In this document: positions 34,891 through 46,860 of the stretch, one piece after another
Layout of the letters: each line of letters opens with the position of its first letter
How positions within the stretch are numbered: the first letter of the stretch is position 1
NCBI RefSeq assembly: GCF_036321535.1
Contig: NC_087451.1
Location: 49,786,001 to 49,850,000, forward strand
Direction of reading: 5' to 3'
DNA length: 64,000 nucleotides
Origin: Camelus dromedarius
Lineage: Eukaryota
Program-made: the position numbers and the translations under genes
Notes under the pieces: generated by a model
What the model was told of the DNA's origin: nothing
What the model saw: only the letters and a program-made list of their open reading frames with translations
The model's database searches: none

Positions 34891-37079
34891 CACAGGACCT
34901 ATCTATGACATAACTAAAGGTCACAAAGAGTGTTGGGGGCTCACAGAGAATCCAGAAATGGGGCCCTATGGACAGCCTAGCCCCAAGGAGCCGGCAGACA
35001 AGGAAGATGAGGCCTGGCAAGGCAGCTGAGCATTTCTCTGAATATGGGATTGGCTAAATCTTGGACCTGTAAACGTTTCCTCTGTGCTTTTCTGAGCTTC
35101 ACTCTTGGGTGCCCACACCTCTCTTTGAAAGGGTTTGGTGTCTATGAACCTAGACGTCTTTCAGTAATGATTTAAGTTCCTCAGAAAACTGGGGGCCCCG
35201 GAGTGAGAGAGGAAGAGACTAAAGGAAAGGAGGGGGAAAAAGTCCGTTTAGCAGTCTTGTTCTGTTTGATCTCAGAGACAGCGGGCAATGATGGAAGAAT
35301 GCTGGAGCCGGGGATGGAGGGCGGTTGGATTCCAAGTGGCGGTCTCCCCCCTGGGCTGCGCCCGCTGTTCGGACTTGCCGACTTCAAACAGGACTGGGGG
35401 ATTCCTGGAAGACAAAAGAATTCAGGGTAGGGGCTTGGATCTCAGTCAAAAATAACTCCTGTCTTCATCCCAGGCAGCTTGGGGCTGTTTGCAGGCTTCT
35501 CAGAAAATGGAACTCCACGCGGGCGGAGGGGACTGTTAGGGTCGGAAGGGTGTGGGCCTGGCCGAGGGAGACATCAGAATGGGAAACTGGGCTTGAAGAA
35601 GAGGCCCAAGCACAAAGGTTCTGGAGAAAAAGTCACTCCCATTACCCCCCCGCCCCCGGTGCTGCCATTGCTTTGAGCCGTAATTACAGCCCTGAATGTT
35701 TCTTCGCTGGTTTCTCATTAGCTCATGATGTCCACAAACAAACTCCTGGGCTCCCCTCACCCCCTATTCCCTCTCCCAGCGGTTCCTCCTGGCTTTCCTG
35801 GTTCACCAATGGCAACCCCATTGTCCCCGCCCCACAAGGTTCAGAACATCAGATCCATAAAGAAATTTCCTCCCTTTCTTGGTAGATGCATCTTAGACAC
35901 TCAGCCCCCAAACAGCTCTCCCCTCTCCCTTCCTCTATCCCACTGGTCTGTAATTAGAGGATTATCTAATTTTCTCCCAGGAGGCCAGGGCCTGGGTCTT
36001 ATTTCCTTTGTATTCTCAGCACCTCAGCCAGGGTCTGGCAAAGAATGGACACTCGCAATGTGTTAGCAGAATTGCTCTCTTGAGCTGCTGCCAACTTAAT
36101 CTTCCTAAAATGCGGCTCCAATTAGAAGCCACCACTGCTTCTCCATTGCCCATTAAGCAAGGTCCAACCTCCCCAGACGGGCACTCAAAGACTCCGGCGG
36201 CGTGGTTCTCACCCACCTGGCCATCCCTGCTTCGTGCTCACCCACAGAGTTGTTCCCAAGACAGTCAGTGGCTTTCCCAACTCTGTACCTTTACTGCAGT
36301 GGTCCATCCACCAAGAAGCCCTTCCACACTCTACCCAGAAGCTGCCCTCTCAAAGTTCATCTCAATAGCACACTCCTGCCCCTCTGGACTGAGTTTGACC
36401 CATCAGAATCTGAACTGCTCTCTCCCAGGCTCTAACCCTGTCCTGCACTGACTTAGTGTCTTGTTAGGAACTTTACAAGAGGTCCTGGATGGAGAGCACT
36501 TACAAAATGAAGAGCAGGGTATGAATGCCAATCAGTCCATCAGCAGGTAGCCCCAGGGTACGAACATGTAGGAATGCCTGGCCAGGGCAGCGTTCAGCAT
36601 AAGTGAGCAGGCACCATGCCCTTTCTCTCCTCTGTCTCCAGTATGGCACAGAATGTGCTGGCCCACAGGCTGTCTTAGGTTGGAGTGGGACAAAAACTGT
36701 CAGATATCCTGGCCACTCCCACCCCTTAGAGGTTTCAGGCCTTGGGACCCAGGCCCCGGGTCCCACTGCCTGCTGGGAGTGGTCTGTTCCTAGTTGCAGA
36801 TGCCCCTGGGGCTGAGGGGTTCAGTGGGCTGGCTGGCTGGTGAGGCTGAGGCAATGCTGAGGGCAAAAGGTGAGAGTGTGGCCTCAGGTTCACAGAGAAT
36901 GTTGGATGTCACAACTTGTCACAGAGTCCAGATGGCCGTGCTCCTTCCAGCAGGGGCCAGGGAAAGGGAAGCGGTCTCCTGAAGGGAGGATTCTGGCTAG
37001 AGGTCAGGAATTCTTCCCAAAGAGACTTTTGGGAACACTGTCTGCCGAGGTGGGGTGAAACGTTCCTAGGGCAGATGGA

Positions 37080-37690
37080 GGAGTAGGAGACCCTTCTGGA
37101 TACTACCCAGAGCCTCCCCCTCCCCTTTATTCTAACTGCTGCTGCCCTCATGAACCCATCTTTGGATGGCACCTCCCATGTCCCTGTGCTCAGGCCAACC
37201 TCCCTCCTGTCTGTCTCCTGCACTACAGCTGGAGGGATCTTTTTAAATATTACTCTCCTGCTCACAGTCCTTCGATAGCTCCCCATTGCCCTTAGAGTAA
37301 AGTCCAAGCCCTTTTCTCAGGAAGCACACCCTCCCCTCCAGGCTGGGCTCTTTACTTTGAGCGCCTTGCTCTGAGTTCCAGCCTGCCAGACTGCATACAG
37401 TTCCCCTCCCAAACCATGCTGCCTCCCAAGTATGTACTGTTCTCTCTGCCTGGAATGTCTCCCCTCCAGCTTTTCCACTTTGCCTGGTTCTGGGGCATGT
37501 CCTTTGGGAAGCCTTCTTGGACACACAGGAACCCCCTCCTTTGGGTTTCTATAACCCTGGACTTCCCTGGCTGTCACCCTCAGCTGAACAGTTTCTGGAG
37601 GTCAGGGTCTGGATCCTGTACACCTCTGTATTCCCAAAGCTCTGTTACTGGCACTTAGTAGGAGCACAAGAAATGTTCGGGGAACTGAAC
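37080..37690 (+). mobile_element. L2 LINE 3' fragment
   Basis: ctccccattgcccttagagtaaagtccaagc..tgctgcctcc..gggaagccttc..ggcacttagtaggagcac. Confidence 0.7.
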
Positions 37691-39049
37691 TGAGCCTCCT
37701 GAGGTCCCTTCCGCTGGAGGGAATGACAGAGTTGGATCATTTGATAAGCGCTGTCTCTGGGCTGGAGAGAAGGCAAAATTCAAAGGGCAGCTGGGGTCAG
37801 AACACTGCCCAGGGCTGCTGGGCACCTCACAGAGGCCAAGACCTCCCTGGGTTCTTCTCCTCCCCTCCCCTGGAACCGCCCGCTTCCTGGCCCACTTCAC
37901 CAGTCCCAAAGATCTAAGTGTAACACAGCCAGCACCCATGCAGGTCCTGTAAGTGATATGGGGTGCGGAGGGCGGGGGGAGGCAGTGACACTGACCTTAG
38001 GGCCCCCAGCCACCCCATGTCCTTCCGGGCTTCATTCTGCAAAGGAGTCGATCAGCCTCTCTTCTGTCCCCTGAAGGCTGTTTTCAAAATCACACCCTAT
38101 GCAGACAGTTTTATTTACAAGAAAATCTTGGCAGGATCTTGACTTGTTAGTAGAGTAGGGATGGGGGGAGGGTGGTGAGAAACAAAAATAGTTGGAATGA
38201 TCACACTTTCTGAAACCGAGATGAAAATTGGTGTCTGTAGCAAACTCACCTAATTAGAACGGAGTTAATTTCCTTCTCTGCGTTTAGGAGGAACAGTCAT
38301 TGTCGGGTGGGATGGTCACAGGTTGGATCCTGGGGCCGGGGTTCTGTGTTCACTTTATGAAGATGAGAGCATTAATTGCAACTTTCACCAATGGAAATGA
38401 GCATCAGTTTCTGAGAGAGAGAACAAAGGCCAGTAAGGGGAGTGGAAGGAGACAGCCTTGGTGTGGGCTGGGGACTGACGGTTGGACATCACCAGAAATG
38501 AATCCCTGAGCCCCCTGGGAGAGCCCAGCACCTGTCCCAGCCTGCCATTGGCACCGCTTACAGGCAGAGCCTCTGCTTAAGGGAGAGTCTCTCCTGGGAG
38601 TTCTCTCCTGCAAGGAAGCAGGACCGATTTTGCTTTTTTTCTTTAAAAGATTCCCTACTCCTCTGCTCTAACTTGATTCCTACTTGCTTTAGCCCCTCTC
38701 CCAGGTAGGGCACTTCCCTAGTCTTACATTTGCCACCTGGTCCAGTAAAGCCAGGGCACTGTCACACAGCTCTGGGTGTTGGGAGGCCAAGGTTCAGGGT
38801 TTGGGGTCTGGGATTCTTCTGAATTCTTCCATCTCTAAACTACTGGGCTACCTGGTCCCCCCAGGATCTGAGACCGAAGTGAAAAGAAATAGGGTGGTCG
38901 AGGGACGCCGTCCTCCCAGCATCCTGCCCCTAATCTATTCGCAGTTAACCCCGACATTGCCAACTTAGTGAATATCTCTCCCCTGCCTCCTTCACGAGTC
39001 TGCTGCCTCCAAGTCATCGTTAACCCAGAGGGTCTCGGCAAGTGGACAC

Positions 39050-40400
39050 TGCACCCTCCGGCCGGGTGCGGAGAGGCAAATCCGGACCCGGAGTGGAAGC
39101 AGCTGGTGATGTGGCCGGGGATAGCACAGCCCCATCCCCGCCCTGGGCCGTGCGGCTACTTTGCCCAGCCCTTAGCAGCCCTCCTCCTCCCCAGGCCGCG
39201 GCGCTCTGACCGAGTCGGCCCGGGTGGTGGCGCCCGGGGGGGGTGGGGGCGGGGGCGGCGGTCCCCGGGAGCAGCCCCGCCCCCGCCTGCGCGCCGCCCC
39301 CGAGGAGTCCGCGGGGAGGTGGAGACTCGCGCGCAGAGCGGGGGCCGCGGGAAGCGGGAAGGGAGCGTGGGGAGCCGCGGGGCCGGAGCCGGGGCCGGCC
39401 CAAGGGCGCCCTCGCCTCAGAGCCAGGCGTAGGGGCCGCGACGGAGGCGGAGGCCGGCGGCGCAGCGGGCGCCGAGAAGTTTGCGGCTGAGGGCCCGGCG
39501 TCCTGGGGTCGCGAGGCGGCGGCGCGGGGGCCGGGGCCATGGGGGCGGGCGCGGAGGCGGCGCGGCGCGCACAGAGTCCCCCGTGCCGCACGGCCGCCGC
39601 GGCGCAAAGTTAGCCCAGCGCCCCAGGAAGAGCCCCGCAGCCGCGGCTGGCCCCGGACGCCGCCTCGGCATGGGCGAGCACCCCAGCCCGGGCCCCGCAG
39701 TGGCCGCCTGCGCCGAGGCGGAGCGCATCGAGGAGCTGGAACCCGAGGCGGAGGAGCGGCCGCCACCGGCGCCGGAGGACGTGAGTGCCCCCTCCCCGGC
39801 CTGGGCAAACTTTCTAGGGGGCGTCAGGGGACACCTGCCCCTCCCCCCGGCTTGCCCCTCGCGGGGCAACTGGGAGGTTTCAAGGTGACGCGGAAGCGCC
39901 CCGGATTGGCCGGGTCCCCGCGGGCGGGAGGGGGCGGAGGGACCGGTCTCCCCGAAACGCGCGCGCGCCACCCCCTGCTCGGGCTCCCGGGGCTTCCCTG
40001 CGGAACGCAGCGCCCACTGCTGCGCTGGGGACCCGTCGGCCGCCAGAGCCCCCTCCTCGCGGCTGGTGCAGTGCCCGGGACACGGCGTTTTCCCGCAGAG
40101 GCGGCCGCGTCACAGCAGTGGCTCCCCTCCCCTCCCACTCGCGACCCGGGGCTCTCGGAACCCAGGGAAGGAGCGGGCGCCGCAGAGTCCCCGGAATCCA
40201 GCGGCGCAGATCGTTCTGGCGACCCCCTTCTCTGCTATCGGATTAGTCCGCACCCGGCACCTGTCCTGTCGCAACACTGATTGAAATTCCAGCTGGCCCT
40301 TGTCCCTGAGCCCGGCCGGAGGAGGGAGAGAAGGAGTGCTGGGAGCGGTTTTGCTCCCAGAGGGGGGTCAGGAGTCCCAGACCGCGTGGTTGCCAGCGAC
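39050..40400. promoter_or_regulatory. RHBDL3: CpG island / RHBDL3 promoter and first exon
   Basis: Very high GC and CpG density by eye; GC boxes (gggggcggggg 39245-39255); contains coding exon 1. Confidence 0.9.
39670..39780 (+). CDS. RHBDL3: Rhomboid-like protease 3, coding exon 1 (MGEHPSPGPAVAACAEAERIEELEPEAEERPPPAPED)
   Basis: Near-identical to the recalled human RHBDL3 N-terminus; strong Kozak (ggcATGg); donor GAC|GTGAGT. Confidence 0.95.
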
Positions 40401-41314
40401 GGCCCCCTGGGTGAGGATAGGGAGGGGCTGCCCCAGAGGGCTCCCTGCCATCTGCTGCCTGAGTCTCCCTTGCTCTGGTCCCGGGAGCCATCGGCAGAGC
40501 CAGCCCTGGGGAGCCCTGGAAACTGGAGTTTCTTAAGCTTCTCCCTCCCGAGGTTAACCTGCTAACGGAGATGAAGAACTGGGCAGACGCTCTGCCCTGC
40601 CCCTTCCCTCTCAGGGTGGGGACGGGGAAGTGAAGCCTGGCCCGCACAACCTACCAGCGTCAGCCAGGAAGTCTGAATGGGGTTGTACGCCCCCTTTGGC
40701 TCCTGTGCTTGAACCCCTCCCTTGTTTCTGGCCCCCTCGTTCTAGCAGAACTCCTGTACTCGTCACTTAGACTCAGACTGAAGGAGACTGGGTGGGCTTC
40801 AGTGTATTTAGGAGCCCCCGCCTCCCAAACTTCAGGCAAAACGTTAGTGCTTATGCAGGGGTGGGATTTCCTGAGTAGGGCTCTCTGGCTGCCAGCAGGT
40901 TGAGACAGCTGCAGCAGCTCTGCTGGAATTGCACCTGGGCGTGCATTCCAGGCCTGGGAGTAGACACACAGATAAGCTTTAGGCAGCAGAAGTTATTAAA
41001 GGCTGTTGGACAGAGTTGGACATCTTTAGTAATTGTTGAAAATTACCCTTCTGCTCATTCCTCCTCCTGCCTATCCCAGAATGAGGGACGCTTTCCCTCT
41101 CAACCTGAGTTCTCCCAGCTTTGCTATTTGTAGACTTCGTTCGGGAAGCTCTTCCCAGATGTTCCCTGGCCTCTTGTCAGTGGGTGCCTGAATGTGGGCA
41201 GCAGTTGGGAGGCTAGGTCAGAAACAGCAGGGGGCTGCAGAGGCCTTGGTGATAAGTGTGTTTCTTTCTTTCTCTCCTCTTCCTCCTCTCCTGCATGGCC
41301 TTCCTCTCTACCAG

Positions 41315-41338
41315 CACTGGAAAGTCCTGTTTGATCAG
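41315..41338 (+). CDS. RHBDL3: RHBDL3 coding exon 2, 24-nt microexon (HWKVLFDQ)
   Basis: Long pyrimidine tract, ccag acceptor and CAG|GTATGT donor; the peptide bridges exon 1 and exon 3 in the known protein. Confidence 0.92.
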
Positions 41339-41797
41339 GTATGTGAGCAGTTAAATGCCCCCCTCCTTCCTTCCAGTCCTCCCGGCAATCAGTCTCCCTG
41401 CTTGCGTGGGCTTCCCTAGCTCTGCACTCCTGAGATGGTGACGTGGGGTGGGGGTGTGGCTTAACGCATCTCTGGGACCAAAGGAACAGTAATGCTCTCC
41501 AGTGCTCTCCAGGTTTCAGGAGGAGGTGGAGGGGACTCCCCTGAGAGATCCTTCCCTCCCTCCTCCTCCCAACTCCACTTCACCAGAGCCGGCTTTATAC
41601 CATGGAGAAATCGGACAATATGTATTGAAGCCTGGGACCTTCTCCATATGCCAGGGGATTGCAGCTGGGGCTGGGAAGGTGGGGGAAGGGCCTATGTTAA
41701 CATCCCCTCTCCTTTTCTACCTCCACCACCAAAGATCCATGGCCACCACTGAAGTAGAATCTCTGCCATCCTTGGAGGGTGACTCACAATATGAGCA

Positions 41798-42100
41798 TTT
41801 TTTTTTTAATTGAAGTTTAGTTGGTTTACAACGTGTGTTAGTTTCTGGTGTAAAGCATACCCATTCAGTCATATATATACACACACATACTCTTTTTCAT
41901 TATAGGTTATTACAAGATACTGAATATAGTTCCCTGTGCTGTACTGTTAAGACCTTGTTTATCTTTTTTATATGTAGTAGTCTGTATCTGCTAATCCCAA
42001 ACTCCTAATTTATCCCTCCCTCTCCCTCTTCCCCTTGGTAACCATAAGTTTGTTTTCTATGTCTGCGAGTCTGTTTCTGTTTCATAAATAAGTTCATTTG
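41798..42100 (-). mobile_element. 5'-truncated cetartiodactyl-type L1 3' end in RHBDL3 intron 2
   Basis: Poly-T then aattgaagtttagttggtttacaac..; perfect 14-bp TSD tcacaatatgagca at 41784-41797 and 42101-42114. Confidence 0.85.
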
Positions 42101-45100
42101 TCACAATATGAGCACTTATGGAAGCTGACTCTAATTTTGCCTCAGGGATGCGAGATTTATAGATGGAAAATGGTACATGATTGTTTGCAATGCCTAGAGT
42201 CTAGGTGTGGGGAATGGAGTTGGAAGTGCCACATGTTGGCTTTGGAACCTGAAGATGGACATTTGACCTTCAGCAAAGAAATGGTTTTCTTCTTTGCTTG
42301 GTACTCCTGTTGCATGCAGTTGTGTGTTTCTTTCTCCCTCCCGGGTTCATGATACAGAAGGAGAGGAGGCAAGAGCTGTCTCAGTGCAGGGGAGGAATGA
42401 ACGCTGAGGTCCTGGGGTGAGAATTACACCAAGAAGCTTGTGTGACTTTAAGAGACCAGTCTGGTTGGGCCAGAGGAAATGTACTGGGTTGGAGAGAGAG
42501 ATAAAGCTGAAAAAGTACCATTGGAGGTAGGAGAAGCCTCTGAAGGTTTTTTAGCAGGTTTGTTACAAGATCCAGGCACTGCTTTGGGTAGATCCTGAGT
42601 GAGTGGGATAGAAGTCAGGTGGGTTGCAGGGATGAGAGAAATTAGCCAGGAGCCTGTGGCTATGATTGGATACAAGCACCTTGACTTGGAAGTTGATGGT
42701 AAGAAAGGAAGGAAAGAGGGACATGGCAGTGGGAGGACTGGAAGCCCTTATTAGACCCTAATAGATGAAAGGACCCGTGTATGTAATTCTGAGATTCTGA
42801 ACCAAGGAGGAAAAGGAAAATTCAGGGTCGGGGTTGGGGGAGGTTGCAAAATTCGGTTTCAGAGCAGTTCAGCTTGAGGAGCCCCCTAAATGCGGATTGC
42901 CAAGTGGGACTGAAAACACGGAATTCAGCTTGAAAGACATGCTGGACCTGGGGCGTCATCCACCCTAACACGAGGCCTGGCAGTGGCTTGGGAAGCATCC
43001 AGCATCTCCTGTCCCTCTGGGATGGCACACCTCTCCCTGGCTCCCGAGTGCCACCTACTCTCCCTCCGGCTCCTAAGAGTGCAGCAGCGGCTGGCCTGAC
43101 GCCCTGAGGCAGGAGGGGGCCGCCTGCTGCCTCTGATACCACAGCCAGCAAGCTGCCAGCCCTTCACACCTCCTGCCAGATTTAGCACCGAAACCTAGAA
43201 CAAAGTGTATCATTCTTCTTTCCCTCTGTCTGTGTCTGTCTTTCTCATTTGATTCATTTTCTTTGCCAGTCCCTGTGTGTGTGTTTACATTTTTAAAAGG
43301 AACTATTTGGGTGAACGGAGGAAAACTTTCAGTCGGAAGAATTTGGAACTCAAGGGAGCAGAGAGAATATGTAGCCCCTGATATCCCTGGGTGATCTATG
43401 AAATCCAATTTTTCCCTCTGGATGGAGACCCTGGGTGTCACATGGAGCACCCCCCGGCTTCTGGGAAGGGATACCCAGAAACCATTCTGGACAGACAAAA
43501 TTAATTCTGGGAAAGGAACTCCCAAAACTTACTCTGGACAGTTTTTTCTCACGATAGGTTCTGCCTTGTGTCTGTACTGCCCACCCCTCATGAGGCATTA
43601 GAAGCCTCTTTCTATTATCTTGACCTCTGGGAGATATCCACTCTGCGTCTGTTCCCCCTACTTTCTGGAGCCACTCTGGACCGTTCCCCTGATAGGGCTG
43701 AATGAAGACAAGGTGTGAAGCCTCACAAATGGACACACAACTTCAGAAAGACACCGGGTTATTCAGAATATGGAAGGTTTCATCCTCTCTGCCTCTTCCT
43801 CTGGGCTTATTTAAAGGAAGGATTTGGTGATGGCGAACTTGGTGCACTCAGGAAAGTATGTTTGGCCGGAGGTTGCAGGCAGCCTCCCCACAATTTCTTG
43901 CAGACGTTGACGGCCCTGATGGGGCGAACTGTGCTGAATGGAGTGGGATTCACATGACACCTGTCAGAATCCCTGCAAGTTAATATGGCCCCGGAGCTCA
44001 CCTTCCAGAGGCCATTGGGTTGGGAGGCTATCCCCAGTCGGTCTTCCTTCCCTTCCTGGGTCAAGGCGACGGATACCAGCGGTTGTGGTTTCAGACTGGG
44101 ATCTGCTGGGACCTTTTTCCAGGTTTTAGGGATGGAATTGGGCCAGTTCTTCTGTGCTCTCTGATTCTTCAGCATGTAGAGTAGCTTTGACCCAACAGGA
44201 AGCTAATTGGACCCAAGGACTAGAAGCTATGACCTTGGTCTTTTGGTCCTATGTGGTCATCCCTCATCTGAATGGCCAGATTGCCTTTTGAGAAGTTGGA
44301 GGTGAAGAAAACAGGTGACCCCGGCCCCTTGGAAGTTTACCTGGCCGCCCCCTTCCACCCTCCCCAGCATCCTGGGCATTTGTCAGGTCTGCTTTAGCAG
44401 GGGTGTAACACGCCACCCTCCTCACCCCCCTCCCTGTGCTTCCACGCCAGTCCCAGAAGTCGCAGCAGGCAGGAAACCCAAAGCTCATCACTTCGGCCCC
44501 CAGATGTTCCAGGGGCTTGTTTCCTGTTTGAACTTCTCTTTGAGGAAATTGTCTTCCCACATCCTTGGGATCTTAATGGTTTTCCTAAGTACTGGATTTT
44601 AAAGTTACCATAAATATTAACCTGTTGTCAGTGTAATATCGTGGTTAAAAAGATCCTCTTTGCCTATAGTTGAATCTGTTGGGCTTTTCCTTCACGATTC
44701 CTTCTGTTGCTTCGGAGCTAAGACAGTTCTCTTTCCTCTCCAGATCTCATAAATATGCGCCTCTATTTTCTACCACTTTTTCTCTGATTAAAAAAAAAAA
44801 TCGTCTAATCTTTTAGTCCATCCAGATCCTATTCCAAACCAGTTACCCTAGCATCACCGTTTATATATTGTTTGAGAAATTTTATCATTTGGTAAATTTT
44901 TGTGTGTGGTTGAGTTTATTTTTGATTTCTCATCTATTCCCCGATATTTACCATTTTGCTCAGGTAGCGTGCCCTTTGGTTATTGCTCTATATTTGTTTT
45001 GCAGGTTTCCTACAAGCTCCTCTTTTTCAGGTTATGCTTTGATAGTCTCATTCTCAGTCCCTTCCAGAACTCCAGGGAGGTGCCCTCAAGGGCCCAAGGT

Positions 45101-45479
45101 CAAATAGCAGATAAGAGACTGGAGCCCATTAACCCTTACAGGGCTTCTGGGGTTGGAAAACCATTTCCAGGTTCACACTTAAAAATGCCTTCAAGATCTC
45201 TGAATGTTTAGTGAGCAAGAGGGCTTGGAGCAGAGTTCTGTTAAGTCAACAAAGCACAATTGCTTTCCAAGCTCCAACAAACAGGAGGGAAAAGGGAGAA
45301 TGAAAGGACCTTGATCGTGTCTCCCTTTCCCCCTTCCCTTGGGAGCATGCATTTCCCAGACTCCAAGAAGAGACCCCAGCTTCACTAATCTCCCGGAAGT
45401 CTTGACTGTCCCTCCAAAATTATGAACGTGCTATGACCACAACCTGGGTCTGCTTAGGTAGGCTGGGGGGGAGAACCCT

Positions 45480-45655
45480 GGCTATGGCGTCAGATAGACC
45501 AGTGTTCAGGCCTTACTGGCTTTGTGATAGGAGTCAAGTGACATTAGCTCTCTGAGCCTCAATTTCTTCATCTCTAAAATGGGGATAATCATCTTTAACT
45601 TCTGTGGGAGTTAAATAGAAGTGGAAACTCTTCGTAGTGTCTGATACCCAGTGGA
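45480..45655 (+). mobile_element. MIR SINE
   Basis: ctctctgagcctcaatttcttcatctctaaaatggggataatc core. Confidence 0.75.
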
Positions 45656-46671
45656 CTTTTGACAGCTGTCATTTGACTGGGAATCAGAATTTAGTGGAAG
45701 AGACACAGGGCCACTTCTGAGACCCGGGCCTCCCTGGGGAAGGTGGCTGCCTCTCTAAACCAGCTCCTTCCCAGTCCCGGCTCCTGGAGAGAGCCACTCC
45801 TGCACCCAGAGGGTTTTTCTGCTTGCTTTCCCTTAGTGTCTCTCCTGTCCAACCCCCTTGTCTCCAGCCTGAGGAAGGTCTTCCCTTAGCCTTATCCTAA
45901 GGTCTACCTCATTTACAGTGCTGGAGGCTGGCTTAAGAGGGTTCTGGGAGCTGAAAGGAGGTTGACATAAGACTGCTGAACGGCTTAGTGAGAAAACACC
46001 TGCCCCAGAGACGGGGCATTGGTGGTGCCCTCATATCACAGGATTAACCAGCAGAGAGGGGTTCCCTTGCTCGTGCTCTGCACCTCCAACCCCTTCTCCG
46101 GTGGCCTCCAGACTTGAGAGTTTATGGACTTGCTTCCACCACAAAGCCAGCTTTGCTGCCGTGCTCCTGCCCCAGTGACCCCAGCAGTCAGGCTGAATTA
46201 ACCCTTTTATCCCCGACCACTGACCACTCCCACAAATACATTCGATGGCAGTTGAGCAGTGGGGCCGTGGGATCTGAGACTGTACGCTGCCTGGCTGCCT
46301 GCCTGACACACACACATGCTGGAATGAACAAGTCAGACGACATCCCTGCACACGTTGTCTTGGGTTCCAGTGTCCTCCCCAGCAGCAGGCCCTGACTGTG
46401 GGGCTGCCTCGCCTGGGTCAGCCCCTCTGGGGCTGCTGCTACGAGGATCATGGATCATTAGGTGGTTAGAAGCATCTTGTCCAATCTGCTCATTTTGCAA
46501 ATGAGGAAACAGAGGTCAGTGACCTCCTGAGGTCACTTGACGCAGTAGTATCAGAGCTGGTGGCCCAGCTCTGCCCTCTCTCTCTGACATGTGTTCCTGC
46601 CACTGGGCCTTGCAGACCTTCGTCTGCTTCCTTGGTGCCCTCAGTGACTAAGGCAGTGGTGAGGACCCACA

Positions 46672-46860
46672 TCTGGCTCAGGTCCCAGCTCTGCTTCTCC
46701 TAGCTGTGTGACAGTGGGGAGGCCAGGTCACCTCTCCGAGCCTCCATTTTCTCATCTGGAAGCTGCCTGCCCTCAGGGCTGTTGCGAGGCCTGATGGGAC
46801 AGCGTGTGGATAGCACTTGGCATGGTCTGTAGCGAGCCCCTGATAAATGTGGTGTTGTTA
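46672..46860 (+). mobile_element. MIR SINE
   Basis: cccagctctgc..ctagctgtgtgac..ccgagcctccattttctcatctg..cagggctgttgcgagg. Confidence 0.7.

Noticed and set aside
39433-39669. Open in-frame extension upstream of the RHBDL3 ATG with TTG at 39481
   Set aside because: Open frames are expected in GC-rich leaders; the near-cognate start context is weak and the peptide is low-complexity.
39020-40280. Long overlapping ORFs in the CpG island (345 aa +, 262 aa -, 184 aa - and others)
   Set aside because: Extreme GC content depletes stop codons; low-complexity G/A/R/P peptides in several frames at once; only 39670-39780 matches a real protein.
43300-44180. Cluster of 67-150 aa ORFs in RHBDL3 intron 2 as a possible retrogene
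   Set aside because: No recognisable protein similarity, polyA tail or TSD.
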